Source: Ylistrum balloti | Taxonomy: Eukaryota | Length of the DNA stretch: 64,000 nucleotides | NCBI RefSeq assembly: GCF_031769215.1 | Contig: NW_026782437.1 | Span: 620,001-684,000 of the forward strand | Reading direction: 5' to 3' | Part shown: one piece after another, positions 13,121-26,049 of the stretch | Numbering within the stretch: position 1 is the first letter of the stretch | Layout of the letters: every line of letters begins with the position of its first letter | Notes under the pieces: generated by a model | Database searches by the model: none | Told to the model about the DNA's origin: nothing | Seen by the model: only the letters and a program-made list of their open reading frames with translations | Made by a program: the position numbers and the translations under genes

Positions 13121-14860
13121 GAAAGATACAAATGCTGTGCTTGTTCTGGAAACGAGAATTCTCATCATATAAAACATCTAATTCCTGAAAAATATTAATC
13201 TATTCAATGATATAAACTGCCCAAGAAAGACCACTCCCATCAAGTATAAATCCCATGGGTTGTTGGATGGTTCTTGAGGGAGGAACCAGTTAATGACTGC
13301 TGTACAGTACACCTATGCACCAATTTATGTTTCAAGTTGAAATTGGCTGTCATATAAAAAATATTGTATGGTTAACCTGTACATTGTGTTTTACTGGAGA
13401 AAAGTAGCCAGTCTTCAGTCATTAGACTTTGTCCTTGAAGTTAAAAGGGCATTCTTCGTTTGAACAACAGAAATCAGTCTTGTCATCAGTTTTCAAATTT
13501 ATGCCTTAAAGAGGATGATGAAATAAATACAGGAATTATGTATTGTGTGTATAATTATTTGTCAGTACTTGAACATTTTAAGTATCATTTGATATAACAG
13601 GAATTCCAACCATGCATGCCATAAAGGCAATACATTGTCGTAGTGATCAAGAGGTCCACATCAGACACATGTCTGTCAAAATGTGCAAATGTGTGATGTG
13701 TAGGACTGTAGGAAGGAGAAATTCAAGCTAGGCAAGGGAGAATTTCTCTTTAGCACTATTTACATGTTTTAGTGTCTTGTACTCTATCATTAACAGAAGC
13801 ATTGAAAAAATTATCACTTTGAGCTGTTAAATTTCGAATCAGTGCCAATGTAGAAACTTGGGAGTTGATAAAACTATCTTAGTGTTACAAACTTTAACAA
13901 ACATCAATGTACAGTTTACCACCACTGAAAAAACTGTGAATCAAGTTTTGCTTTCTACAAACTCTGCAAGGGAAATTATATCTTTCGCTGAATTGATAGA
14001 GCAGCAATGAATTTTGGGACTCAGATAATTGAATCTTGGACTTGTGCCTTTTATTTGGGACTCACCCAGATTTTGAAAATCTGCTATATATCTTAGTAAT
14101 AGGACTTATCAAAAGTTTGGAAATAGTAGCTTGGACTTGCCTAAAAAAAAACCTGCAAAAATTATTATAGAGAATAAGATTGTTAAACCAGAGAACCTGG
14201 AGTGATCGATGTCTAGGGCTAAATGGACTAGGAGATCTAGTGGTATATATTTATTAAACAATGTCACATGAAAGTGTCGGTCAATACACACAGAATGTAC
14301 TATACATTGACATGATATTGGGGTTAACAGAGTGTTGATTTATAGTTTATTCAGTGTAATTATTTCCTGAATCCTTCGATTCTGACGATCAAATTCTGGT
14401 TGATTGGAGTTTGGTGGTATCTGACTATTTGCATGTTGTGACATTCACATTGTCAATGTGTTTAACCTGCCTCAGTGTTTAATCTTTAATACATGGACAA
14501 TTTCCAGTGTTTGTTGCACTGATGGTATCAAAATAATTTCTTTACTTTTTTGAAATTGGAATAACCAGTAGTCAGTCAAGATCAGCAGCTTGATTTTGTT
14601 TCTTTTCAACTTGCTTTTATCTTAATATTGGGTACATGAGAGTAGTTCTGATTGTTAAAATTTCAGATGTATCACTGCCCAGGTTAAGTTTCCAATCAAA
14701 ATATCAGTTAGATTTTTACTTGAATTAAAAACAGTTATTCTATAAAGTATTAAATACCACTGGTCAATATTAGTAAGAATTTAGATGTAAATATTTATCC
14801 ATTTTGCAAAGTGACTCATAAATGTGTGTCAGCCGTTTAGGATTTTAAAGCATATTACAT

Positions 14861-15335
14861 ATGTGCATCGGCAAAAACTTCAGATTTCTTTATACACTGT
14901 TACGTGGAATATGTATCGGCAAAAACTTCAGACTTCTTTATACACTGTTACGTGGAATATGTATCGGCAAAAACTTCAGACTTCTTTATACACTGTTACA
15001 TGGAATATGTATCAGCAAAAACTTCAGACTTCTTTATACACTGTTACATGGAATATGTATCGGCAAAAACTTCAGACTTCTTTATACACTGTTACATGGA
15101 ATATGTATTGGCAAAAACTTCAGACTTCTTTATACACTGTTACGTGGAATATGTATTGGCAAAAACTTCAGACTTCTTTATACACTGTTACATGGAATAT
15201 GTATTGGCAAAAACTTCAGACTTCTTTATACACTGTTACGTGGAATATGTATTGGCAAAAACTTCAGACTTCTTTATACACTGTTACGTGGAATATGTAT
15301 CGGCAAAAACTTCAGACTTCTTTATACACTGTTAA
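14861..15335. repeat. 48-bp minisatellite, ~10 copies, intronic
   Basis: Unit atatgtatcggcaaaaacttcagacttctttatacactgttacgtgga; gives 16-aa periodic ORFs in all three + frames. Confidence 0.95.
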
Positions 15336-15683
15336 AAGAATTAAGCAGTTAGAGTTCCTTCTCCCTATCCATGAAAGATTTCAGTGTAACCATAAGTTGC
15401 ATGATATTTGTACCACGTAGTGTTTTAGAATTTTCACATTTTAAATTTAAAGACTGATTGGTTCACATACCTTTATTTTTTCATAGGCTGAGCAAAAGTG
15501 AAAACGAAGAAAAAACTAAAACAATGATAATTGGGCTGTGAAGGATATTCCTAATGGATAATTATTATCAAATTCTTATAATGATTAATGGTACAGTAAT
15601 TATGTACTTCATTAATTTTTCAGGGAAACTATACTGGTTAGATAATGGGGATCAAATGATGTACAGAACTTCATACCACAGGG

Positions 15684-18600
15684 ATGATAGTGGACAACAG
15701 GGCTCTGCCTACAGATCCTGTCATGTTGTCACAATTACCTCCCCTGGCTGTGGATTCCATGACACAGGTAAATAGATATACTGAACCTTGCTATTGTGAC
15801 AAGTGAAATTCACTTTTCTGTTTTATTGCTGTTTAGAATATGGTTTGGTGTGCAAGTTATACTTGATATCAAAATACTACAAAGTAGCAATGGCTTTGTA
15901 AATTGATATTACTGTCAATATTTACACAAAATCTTCTAATTGTTAAGATAGAGAAAATAAATACTTGTTTGATTTTAGAATATCACATGATACCTAGAGT
16001 AGAATTTATAGTTTCAAAGGCACAACACATCTTAACATCTTAAGTTTTATTGAAGCTAATTATATAGGCTAAATTTTAGAGGTAACAGAATTGCAAGTAA
16101 CCAAAGTTAGACGGCTGATGTAGATCTGTGTTCCAATTGCATTCATCTCAGCTAATCAAGAACTCTCAATACCATTATGTTTCAGATACAATTAACAGAA
16201 TTTATCCCACAGCTGGTCACTTTAGTGACAGGTAGACAGCACCCTTTATTTGGCAAGAGTCAGTATCGACCAGACTGGTGGCCTCAGGATGTTTCTTGGT
16301 CCTGGCCAGAATCTGAAGACATCAAGGAAAGTGATGATCTCAAACACAGCAACGACCTCAAAAAGGATGAGGTGAAAATTGAAATATATTGTAGCTATGT
16401 ATTGATAGCACAAAATTTAACCTATCTTGTCAAACAAGGTGGGCTGTGATCTGATCCCTTTTTGTTTGTAGTCCATTGTCCATAAATAATTCTATATAAA
16501 TCACAACTCCTCTTAAACCGTCCTTGGGATCTCAGTAAATATGTCACTTCATTCCTTATTGGTCCAGACTGATTTTCAGATTTTATTTATTTTCAAAATG
16601 GCAGCCAGTTGCCATACTGTTTTTTTGACAGGAAATGCTGTTGAAATCTTTCATAAAAAATTTTATAATAATTGAGAATAAGCCATTGAATATCAAATTT
16701 TGGGAATGTTAATACTAGGTTGGGAGTGAGGGAAATTTTTTTATCATTTTGAAGAAAATTGCTGTTGTATTGAAATTAAAGATCATGAAAGACTATATTG
16801 AAAAAAAAACTGAGCCAGAAACACTAATTGCTGAATTTAGTTTAGAAAGTTGTAACTCTCTTCAGGGTTAAAATTTCTGTTGTATAAAGAAAAGAATCGT
16901 CTTCCGAAGTCAAATTGCATCCTTTTATTCAATTGAAAACTTGTGTGTGTAACATCTTTAAATCATGAGTATCCGTATAGAAAGACTATAGAAAATGTGT
17001 TAATTTGATTCAATTTCTCTACTTTTAGTTAAGAATAGAAATGCTACGGAAAATAGTAACAAGTTGTTACAAGCATCTGGACCAGGAAAATTTACTCAGA
17101 GCTGCAAGTCTTCCGCAGGAAAACAAGGGCCAGAAACCTCCTGTTACCCGAGTGCTGGTGAGTATGAAACAAGAATAGAAAAAGTTCAAACTGTCACTCT
17201 CTTTAGTGTGTCGAGTTTTTGTCTAGAATCTATAATGCCCTGTCATTCAAGTGCCATTTGGTAAGTTCAGAATCTTAAATCCTGTCACCAAAGATGGTAC
17301 TGTTAAGTATGCTTGGTCAGAAACCTCTGTTACCTAAATATTAATTAGTAATTTTGATCCAGTGTCAAAGACTCCTTTTTCAAGCGTTTGTTTAGTCAGA
17401 AACTCCCTTTCAACTGATAGTTGGGTGGTATTTTCGTTGTCAGAAACCCCAACCAGTCATCTGAATGTTAATGAAAGTATTATAAGATTTACATACTCAA
17501 GGGACCAAGACATTGTTGAGAGATAATGATAGATATCTTGTGTAGTTAATACAGTGTTGTTTTTGTTTCAGTTTGAGCATGATGGAAACCAGAATGCTGT
17601 TTGTTCTCAGGAAAATTCTAAAAGCACGGTCTCACAAGGTAACATTGACGCTTATGATATTGTTCCTTAACAATGTAACTATGATGTTTTTTAATTCTTG
17701 GTAAAAAAAATAGCAGCTTTATTATGTATACAGAATTTTAAATAATTCTATTATTTAAGCTGTAAATATTAGCATATTTACAATGTAGCTTGTTTGTACC
17801 TGTGTTAACAGATTACAGTTCTTGCCTTTATTCTCATATAATCTACTGAACCCACAGTCATCAACCCAGGAACGTTTTTATTTAAATATCAGTAGATGTA
17901 TGCACTGAAATATCTGTAACTAATTCTTTTGTATTTTTAGAAATTGTCTGAAGTCATTCTCAAAATAGATATAAAAATCAGTTTGTTATTCTGTTCACAA
18001 ATGAAGTGAAGATATGTTTCTCTTCTGTGTTTCAGTTCCGGCACAAGAGGAAAATTCCACACAGACTAACAACCCGATCTGGGTGTGTTTCCTTTGTGCC
18101 AAGCAATTCAGCAATCAGGAAGACCTAATGGTCCACCAAGACAAATGTGAGAATGAGGAGGAAGAGGAGACAGAGAGGGCAAGACTGTCGAATGTGTTAC
18201 CGGTGCAAGGTGTCCAAAGAACTCCGCCCTCTCAGACACCTCCCTCTAATTTGCCTCCGCAGATCTTTCCAATATCCCAGCCTACCCATAAGGTCTCCAC
18301 ACATGTGAACCAATCCCGTGTGATTCCCACTCATTTGGTCCGGAGGCGAAGGAGACGTTTTAAGCCTGAGATATATATTCCTCCTCCCAAGGATGTTTTT
18401 ATTAAACAATTGTACTTAAGGGAGAAACCACGAGATGATAGTTCACCAGTTGTCAAGCAGGAACATGTGGACAGTGACTGTGAAATCATTGATGTAGAGA
18501 TGGTCACTACACCGGTAACACCTCGTACCCCAAAATCTCTAATGTCACAGCTGAGCCGTGACACAGAGGGTAGTCACAGAAAACGCCAGCTCAGCTTCTC

Positions 18601-20098
18601 TGCTCAGCTGGATCAGAGTGATTCTGACAGTGGTGGAGAGTCAACAACGAAGGAAACTAAACCTGCTCCCGCCATCTGCTCTCTACTTCTAAATATTGAT
18701 CTCTCATCTCCTCTTGGACACAGAGTGAAAAAACAACTCAAAATTGATAACACTATTCCCATCATCACTAAAGCTGACATTTACTGTAGGGGATATGAGA
18801 AAAATAACTTTTTTGAAAAATTAAGACAGAGGGAAGTTGCATATCCATGTACATTTAAAAAGAAAAGGAAACATGCAGAGTTTTATCATAAAATGAATTT
18901 CTCAAAAGCACAAAGACGTGAGTTTATGATTACACAAATGACTGGTCTAAGTAGAAGGAGTCGTAAACTCCTCAGTCAAATGGATCCTTGTAAGGTGGAG
19001 TTGGAACACATGGATCCAGCTGAAGTTAAGGAGTGGCTGAGGCGTAAACCTAAGCCACTCATGCCTAATCATTACCAGCAGGCGCGGTATGCTCAGGCCA
19101 TGTTTTCAAGGAATTCTGCCAATGCCAGACACTTCAGCAATGAGGTTATACAAAGGGCCATTTCAAAGCCTCTGTGTGGACCCCTTTCAGCCAAGATCCG
19201 TCATATGAACCAAAGTTTAGCCTCACTTTCAAAGATGGGCCCTATTCCAAGGTCATATATGATCACCCAGGTTGTGAAGAATCCTGACGGTTCAGAGACC
19301 ATGAGGATGGTACATGACCAGAACTCAGTTTATCGCCCAGTCTATAGGTCCCAAGCTGCTGCTGCTAGTCGCAGAAAGCAGAATTTTGTGAGTGAGAGAC
19401 TTGAGCGATCAAATAATGAAATAGAGATCATAGACTTGTCTTCATCAGACGAGGAAAAAGAACCTGTGAAACAAGATGTCCGAAAACCTGTCAAAGCAAT
19501 CCATAGAACCAATATACTATCTAAAGTATTCAAACCGTCTGGGTCATTCCAGCCTCGTCCCTCTAGTAGTGGATTACAGAATAACCTGGCACTAAACAGA
19601 CCACATCCATATGTTCATATCCCAGTATCTAATCCAAAGGGATTTAGTATTCATTCCTCACCTCCAGGAGGTCGCACATGTAAAGAGCTTCAGCAAAGAC
19701 CTATGGCAGTTGGGGGGACTCATGTAGCAGAGTTTGGTGAGGCGGGACAGGGATTAGTGATGAAGTCACCCAGTCCTGGTCTAAAAATAAGCTCTGTATA
19801 CAGCCTTCAGGACCCCCAGTCAGAACAAGTCATGGACAATGCAAACTTTACTACCATCAGATACCAGGCTGGCCTACTGGCTCCTGCTGGGCCTAGACCA
19901 CCTCTCTCTAGGCCTCAGGGGATCAGACCACAGATAAATAACCCAAATGTGAGACAAGGACTCCAGGGACCTCCCAGGATGGTGAGGGGACCCAGGCCAG
20001 AGCCTGTTAAAACCTCCGTCCAAAAAATGGAGGTGACCGGTAAAAACAATGATACAGAGATGGTGGATGTCATCTGTATTGATGACGATGATGATTAG
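15684..20098 (+). CDS. Spliced gene, ~842 aa: NRF-1/erect-wing-like DNA-binding domain, one C2H2/C2HC-like zinc finger and a low-complexity SIM-bearing C-terminus
   Basis: GT-AG exons with consistent phase: 15684-15767 (exon starts 15624), 16186-16371, 17029-17157, 17572-17638, 18036-20098 (2529 nt including stop). LPPLAVDSMTQIQLTEFIPQLVTLVTGRQHPLFGKSQYRPDWWPQDVSW...MLRKIVTSCYKHLDQENLL parallels the NRF-1 motif LPPL..D...KMTQAQLRAFIPEMLKYSTGRGKPGWGKESCKPIWWPEDIPW...ALRTIVKNCYKQHGREDLL (from memory). Finger WVCFLCAKQFSNQEDLMVHQDKC. In-frame stop at 15657 precedes the ATG. Not called NRF1 itself. Confidence 0.8.
18036..20098 (+). CDS. Large terminal coding exon of the NRF-1-like zinc-finger gene
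   Basis: 694-codon ORF in the track; acceptor tttcag at 18030-18035 with phase-1 continuity from exon 17572-17638. The track ATG at 18014 is intronic. Confidence 0.88.
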
Positions 20099-21649
20099 AT
20101 GGCAAGAAATGGTCAGTGACCAGTTAAGTGTGCATGATTGTATAGCAGAATTGTGTACATGTGGTTTCAACTAGATTTCATGTCCATGTGTGGAGAATAA
20201 TGCTGTGTAATTAATATATCTTGTGTGGTAAATTGCCCTACATGAGAAGTTAGATTTTTGTCATTCATGAAAGTTTTGTTTCAGAATTCCTATTCCAGAT
20301 GTACTAGTCACTATAAAAACTATTTTAACTGGTATTTCTTCTAAGATTTCTGTATCAGGCAATTGGTAAAGCATATTGATAGGACATTTTTCTTGAGTTA
20401 TGTTTAAAAAATTACAATCCATTATGTATTTCCCTATTCAGTTTTTAGCTGGTAATATGTATCAGTATTACATTACTGTATAGTGGGAAATGTTGGCCTC
20501 TACATTAACTTTTCAATTTGCCTAGTGTTGAATTTGCACTAGAAAAATATTTTTCAATAACTTCATATTTTGGCTAATCTTTATATTCACTGTTAGAAGG
20601 GTAAAAACGACACCAGTGAAAGTTTCTCTGTAAACAGTGACAAATTGATCAAGCACTAAGCTCAATCATATGACATTGCAATTTATACCAAAATCGCACA
20701 ATGTATAATTACAAGGCATAATGTCATAAAAATAAAGGGTATGCAGATTAAAACTACATCAACATCAGTCCTATTACATATGTAACATTTCACTAGATTT
20801 CAGATTCAACAGTCCAGGTTTATGAAGCTCAGCATACTTCTCCTTCACTACCAAAGGCTCCGTGCACTGATATATTTATTTTTTAACCTTGCAATAATCT
20901 TAAGATTGGGATTAATTTTTTCAAGTAAATTGTACAAAGATCAATACCAATCAATTCAATGCAAGTTCTTTCACAAAGAAAAGAATCTAGTGTTTGATCA
21001 TGATCCATTAATTGTTTATAAGACAATAATTAATATGCAAATAATGCAAAAGTCGATATGATACATGAATTTAATCATTTTAAAACTATGTTTATCACAA
21101 ATTATTTTGATTTATACCTCATCTTACAACTGTATTCCTACATGTACCTATTCTAGTTGGGAGATTTACGTACCTCCATAACATCTTTTTAGAAGGGACA
21201 TATTTTGTGTACTTTTTGTTATGATCAGTATAATTATGTAATTTTCATTATTATGTGCCAATTTGGAGTGTAAGTGTGTATGTCTTTAAATAAGTCACAG
21301 CACAATAATGCTAAAATTGGCTTTAGATGAAAATGAAATAGAAATGTCAAATTTAATCTTTCTGTTTTTTATACAAATATAGAATGCTTTGAATATGTTA
21401 AATGTACAGTAATTGTTTTGATGGAGGCAACTTGTTCCCTGATCACAATATTACCTAGATGTAGTAGAACGTGCTAAAAGTAAAGAATATGAAGTGTTCT
21501 CTGATCATAAAATCTCCTGCCCTGTTGATTAACATTTAATTACTCCACTTATCATGTTGATAACAAGTTGTTTTCCTTCTTTTATTGTATTTCCTTTACA
21601 AGATATGTTTTAAGTCAGTCCTTTGACCCTAGCTAGTAGGACCTGTTGC

Positions 21650-22530
21650 TCCTGTCACATTAAAGGATGTGTCACCTGTCATTATAATGGGATGTGTCAC
21701 TTATGTCATAGTAACAGGATGTATCACTACTGTCATCATAAGAGGATGTGTCTCCTGTCGTTCTAACAGGCTGTGTCACTACTGTCATCCAAACAGGATG
21801 TGTCAACTGTCATAGTATCAGGATGTGTCACTCCTGTCATCATAAGAGGATTTGACACCTGTCGTTCTAACAGGCCGTGTCACTACTGTCATCCTATCAG
21901 GATGTGTCACTCCTGTCATCATAAGAGGATGTGTCACCTGTCGTTCTAACAGGCCGTGTCACTACTGTAATCCTATCAGGATGTGTCACTCCTGTCATCC
22001 AAACAGGTTGTGTCATCTGTCATTATAATGGGATGCGTCACTTCTGTCATAGTAACAGGATGTGTCACTCCTGTCATCATAAGAGGATGTGTCACGTATT
22101 GTTCTAACAGGCTGTGTCACTACCGTCATCCTAGCAGGATGTGTAACTCCTGTAAACCTAGCACGATGTGTAACTCCTGTCATCCTAGCAGGATGTGTCA
22201 CTCCTGTCATCCTCTCAGGATGTGTAACTCCTGTCATCCTAGCAGGATGTGTCACTACTGTCATCCTAGCAGATGTCACTATTGTCATCCTAACAGGATG
22301 TGTCACTCCTGTCATCCAAACAGGATGTGCCATCTGTCATTGTAACAGGGTGTGTCACTCCTTATATCATAAGAGGAGGTTCCATTTGTCATTCTAACAG
22401 GATGTGTCACTACTGTCTTTCTGTGGGGATGTGTCACTACTGTCATCATAACAGTATGTCACTCCCGTCATAGTAAGAGGGTGCGTTACACAAGTCATCA
22501 AAACAGTAGGTGTTAATTCTGTCAAAGTAA
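21650..22530. repeat. Degenerate ~21-bp minisatellite (aggatgtgtcactcctgtcatcct..) with higher-order variants
   Basis: Recurrent ggatgtgtcact/ctgtcatc motifs; 7-aa periodic ORFs on both strands. Confidence 0.85.
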
Positions 22531-23264
22531 CAGGTAGCATTTTCCTTAAATGTTTTAATATCTGCAGATCTGCCTAGATTAATCCCATGAATTTTACCTT
22601 TAAGTGCAGATGCTTGCTAGCTTAAACAAAAAGACTCCTGCTTGTTTTAACTTACTTTATCATTGATTTCCTCCTCATCAATGTTTATAAGTTGTATTTG
22701 AAATATTTTGCCAAATCTATGTACTAAGCAACCAAATTTAGTGTTTAAGTTAATTGTAGTGTGTTCAAATTGAATCCTGACAAAATTAGATATTTGCAAA
22801 GACGAATTTAGAAACTGAGCAATAATTAATGGTTTGACTATAAATTTTGTATATATCTATAACTTGTCCAGTATATGTTAAAGTTGATGTGAAGATTTCT
22901 TGAGGCCATCCTAATGTTTTTGTAAAAGATTTTGTTATTGTATTTGAGCGGGTTTCCACATAATGAAAATAGCTAAAAATAATGGATGATCTGACAACAT
23001 CACAATCACAGTCTTTGGAAATGTCATTAGTATCAGTAGCGCAGCATTCCAATATCAACAGCATCTGACTAAGGAAATACCTAGATGTTGTATGGCAGAA
23101 GAATTTATCTGTTTACCGGTATTTATCCTCTGTATATATGTAGCTAGATAGTGGTATATCTTGTGCAAGTAGAATTATGTTTGTCAAATGAAGTGTACTG
23201 TACATTAATAGTAATTACATTTAAATCATCTTTACCTAAATGGTAATGAATTGTCGTGCCAGAC

Positions 23265-24440
23265 TAGTATACTGATAATGGTATAATAAAATCACCCTGT
23301 ACCTAAATGGTGATATATGGTCGTACATGACCAGTATACTGATCGTGGTATAATATAATCACCCTGTACCTAAATGGTGATATATGGTCGTACATGACCA
23401 GTATACTGATCGTGGTATAATAAAATCACCCTGTACCTAAATGGTGATATATGGTCATACATGACTTGTATACTGATCGTGGTATAATAAAATCACCCTG
23501 TACCTAAATGGTGATATATGGTCGTACATGACTTGTATACCGATAATGGTGTAATAAAATCACCCTGTATCTAAATGGTGATATATGGTCGTACATGACT
23601 AGTATACTGATCGTGGTAAAATAAAATCACCCTGTACCTAAATGGTGATATATGGTCGTACATGACTAGTATACTGATCGTGGTATAATATAATCACCCT
23701 GTACCTAAATGGTTATATATGGTCGTACATGACTAGTATACTGATCGTGGTATAATATAATCACCCTGTACCTAAATGGTGATATATGGTCGTACATGAC
23801 TAGTATACTGATCGTGGTATAATAAAATCACCCTGTACCTAAATGGTTATATATGGTCGTACATGACTAGTATACTGATCGTGGTATAATAAAATCACCC
23901 TGTACCTAAATGGTGATATATGGTCGTACATGACTAGTATACTGATCGTGGTATAATAAAATCACCCTGTACCTAAATGGTTATATATGGTCGTACATGA
24001 CTAGTATACTGATCGTGGTATAATAAAATCACCCTGTACCTAAATGGTGATATATGGTCGTACATGACTAGTATACTGATCGTGGTATAATAAAATCACC
24101 CTGTACCTAAATGGTGATATATGGTCGTACATGACTAGTATACTGATCGTGGTATAATAAAATCACCCTGTACCTAAATGGTGATATATGGTCGTACATG
24201 ACTAGTATACTGATCGTGGTATAATAAAATCACCCGGTACCTAAATGGTGATATATGGTCGTATATGACTAGTATACTGATCGTGGTATAATATAATCAC
24301 CCTGTACCTAAATGGTGATATATGGTCGTACATGACTAGTATACTGATCGTGGTATAATATAATCACCCTGTACCTAAATGGTGATATATGGTCGTACAT
24401 GACTAGTATACTGATAATGGTTTATTAAAATCACCCACCC
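23265..24440. repeat. 67-bp tandem satellite, ~17 near-identical copies
   Basis: atcaccc at 23291, 23358, 23425 and onward (period 67); no variable spacers. Confidence 0.95.
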
Positions 24441-24678
24441 TGTACAGAAATGGTGATGTTTGGTAGTGTTGGGCTGATATACTGATTATGTCTGGATTAC
24501 AGATTTTCTAATAACTGTCATGAGAAAAAGCAACAAAAACAATAAAAATATTGAATTTGCTTAAGGCATAAGAATTCGTTTTTATTTTGTCTATTAGTTG
24601 TCTTTGCTAGCAAAGTTTGTTATCTTGTGCTATCTTGCCTTGCAGAAAAATAGCTATCGATGTTAATCTGATCAGATA

Positions 24679-24999
24679 TTATTATGCTTCCCGAAAATTT
24701 TAGGGGGAGAATTATTGCCCTTTCTTTTAAATTCTTGTCGGGAGCCTCACTTGGGCCACAGTTGAGCAAAGATCATAGAACTTGGTGTAAACTTTGATCA
24801 TATTAAACTAGAATTTTGAAACATGATTATACGTCAGTCATGCAAAAGCATGGTGATGTGTCATATAAAGAGAATGTGCAGTATACCAAATTCAGGGCCT
24901 GCAACCCTTAATTACAGAATTATTGCCCTTTGTTTAAATTTTTGTCCAAAAAATAGTTTTCAGGGAGCATTTATCAGTTTCACTGATACTCTGTTTTTT
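24679..24999 (+). mobile_element. Non-autonomous Helentron-associated (HINE/CvA-like) element
   Basis: 5' atgcttcccg with nearby inverted gggggagaat; 3' subTIR cagggagcat (24961-24970); 3' hairpin atcagtttcactgat (24973-24987); T-tract. Confidence 0.6.
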
Positions 25000-25299
25000 A
25001 ATTGTGATAACCTTGATGGGGCTTGAAAGACTTAGAGATCTGTGCAATTTTAAAACTCGCAACACAAGTCACATAATTTTGTCTACATATTCTAATGCTT
25101 TGATTTTGAAAAGTTTCCAGTTCTCATGAAAATATGGCAATAGCACCTTGATGAACATTTTAATTTGCTTTTTTTTTATTCTGGAGCACATTTTGAAAAA
25201 AAAAAAATTTATATTTATTTTATTTTTCAAAGCATTTTCCACATACAGATAAACAACCTTGCACACCTCACACACCATAGCAATTGTACACCTCATGCA

Positions 25300-25315
25300 T
25301 CTTATCATTGTATAG

Positions 25316-25372
<57 letters not shown>

Positions 25373-25565
25373 CTTATACAATCAACATCATCATCCCTTG
25401 TACAATCATTATCATTGTCATCATCATCTCCTATACAAACATCATCATCATCCATTGTACAATCATCATCATGCCATGTACAATCATCATCATACCATAT
25501 ACAATCAGTATCATCCATGTACAATCATTTTCACTCACTCTGTCATCATCATCATCATCATCATT
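25300..25565. repeat. Compound (CAT)n microsatellite with GTACA interruptions
   Basis: Directly visible; source of the poly-His, poly-Ile and poly-Asp ORFs in the track. Confidence 0.92.
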
Positions 25566-26049
25566 ATTACTAAATATACAAGTACACAAACTTTCACACC
25601 CACACATACCACAAAATGAGAGAAGAAAAAAAAAGTATGAAAATGTATTGAAATGGACAGAGTAAATAATATGGGAGAGAGAGAGGGGGCAGGGGAGGGG
25701 GGAGAGAAAGAGAAAGTATTTACTGGGCTAGAGGTGAGATCTGATTTAATCATCAAAAAATCAAAACAAAAAATTAGCGTCTGGTGGGATAAATAAATTT
25801 CTTGGAAGAAGTAAAACTAAATGTAAATGAACAACCAAGAGAAATAAGAATTATTTTATAAATATATACCTGTATTAAATGAAAAGATATCAAAGCTCTT
25901 AAAATGTACCCTTGAAGTTCACAAATATATTAACAGATGAATTAGTCTGAGATTTCTAACAGTTTGTCCCATTTCATCCATTCAGCCCTAAACTTCTGTC
26001 AGGAAAGTTCCCCTTCACTATAAGCAGTACTTTTTTGACACATACAATA

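Noticed and set aside
14824-15420. 143-198 aa repetitive ORFs
   Set aside because: Stop-free 48-bp minisatellite read in three frames, inside an intron.
15554-15775. Track ORF frame (MDNYYQ...GFHDTGK) as the coding frame of this exon
   Set aside because: A different frame (MIVDNR...DSMTQ) continues the NRF-1-like motif in phase 0 into the next exon.
18014-18035. ATG at 18014 as the start of a single-exon 694-aa gene
   Set aside because: It lies in the polypyrimidine tract before acceptor 18035; upstream exons join in phase.
21983-22345. ORF with six CxxCH motifs resembling a multiheme cytochrome or metallothionein
   Set aside because: It arises from the 21-bp minisatellite unit; ORFs are open on both strands, and there is no signal peptide or splice support.
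23265-24440. CRISPR-like appearance of the palindromic 67-bp array
   Set aside because: Units are contiguous and near-identical with no unique spacers, there are no cas genes, and the context is eukaryotic.
25069-25665. Poly-His, poly-Asp and poly-Ile proteins
   Set aside because: Translations of the (CAT)n microsatellite.
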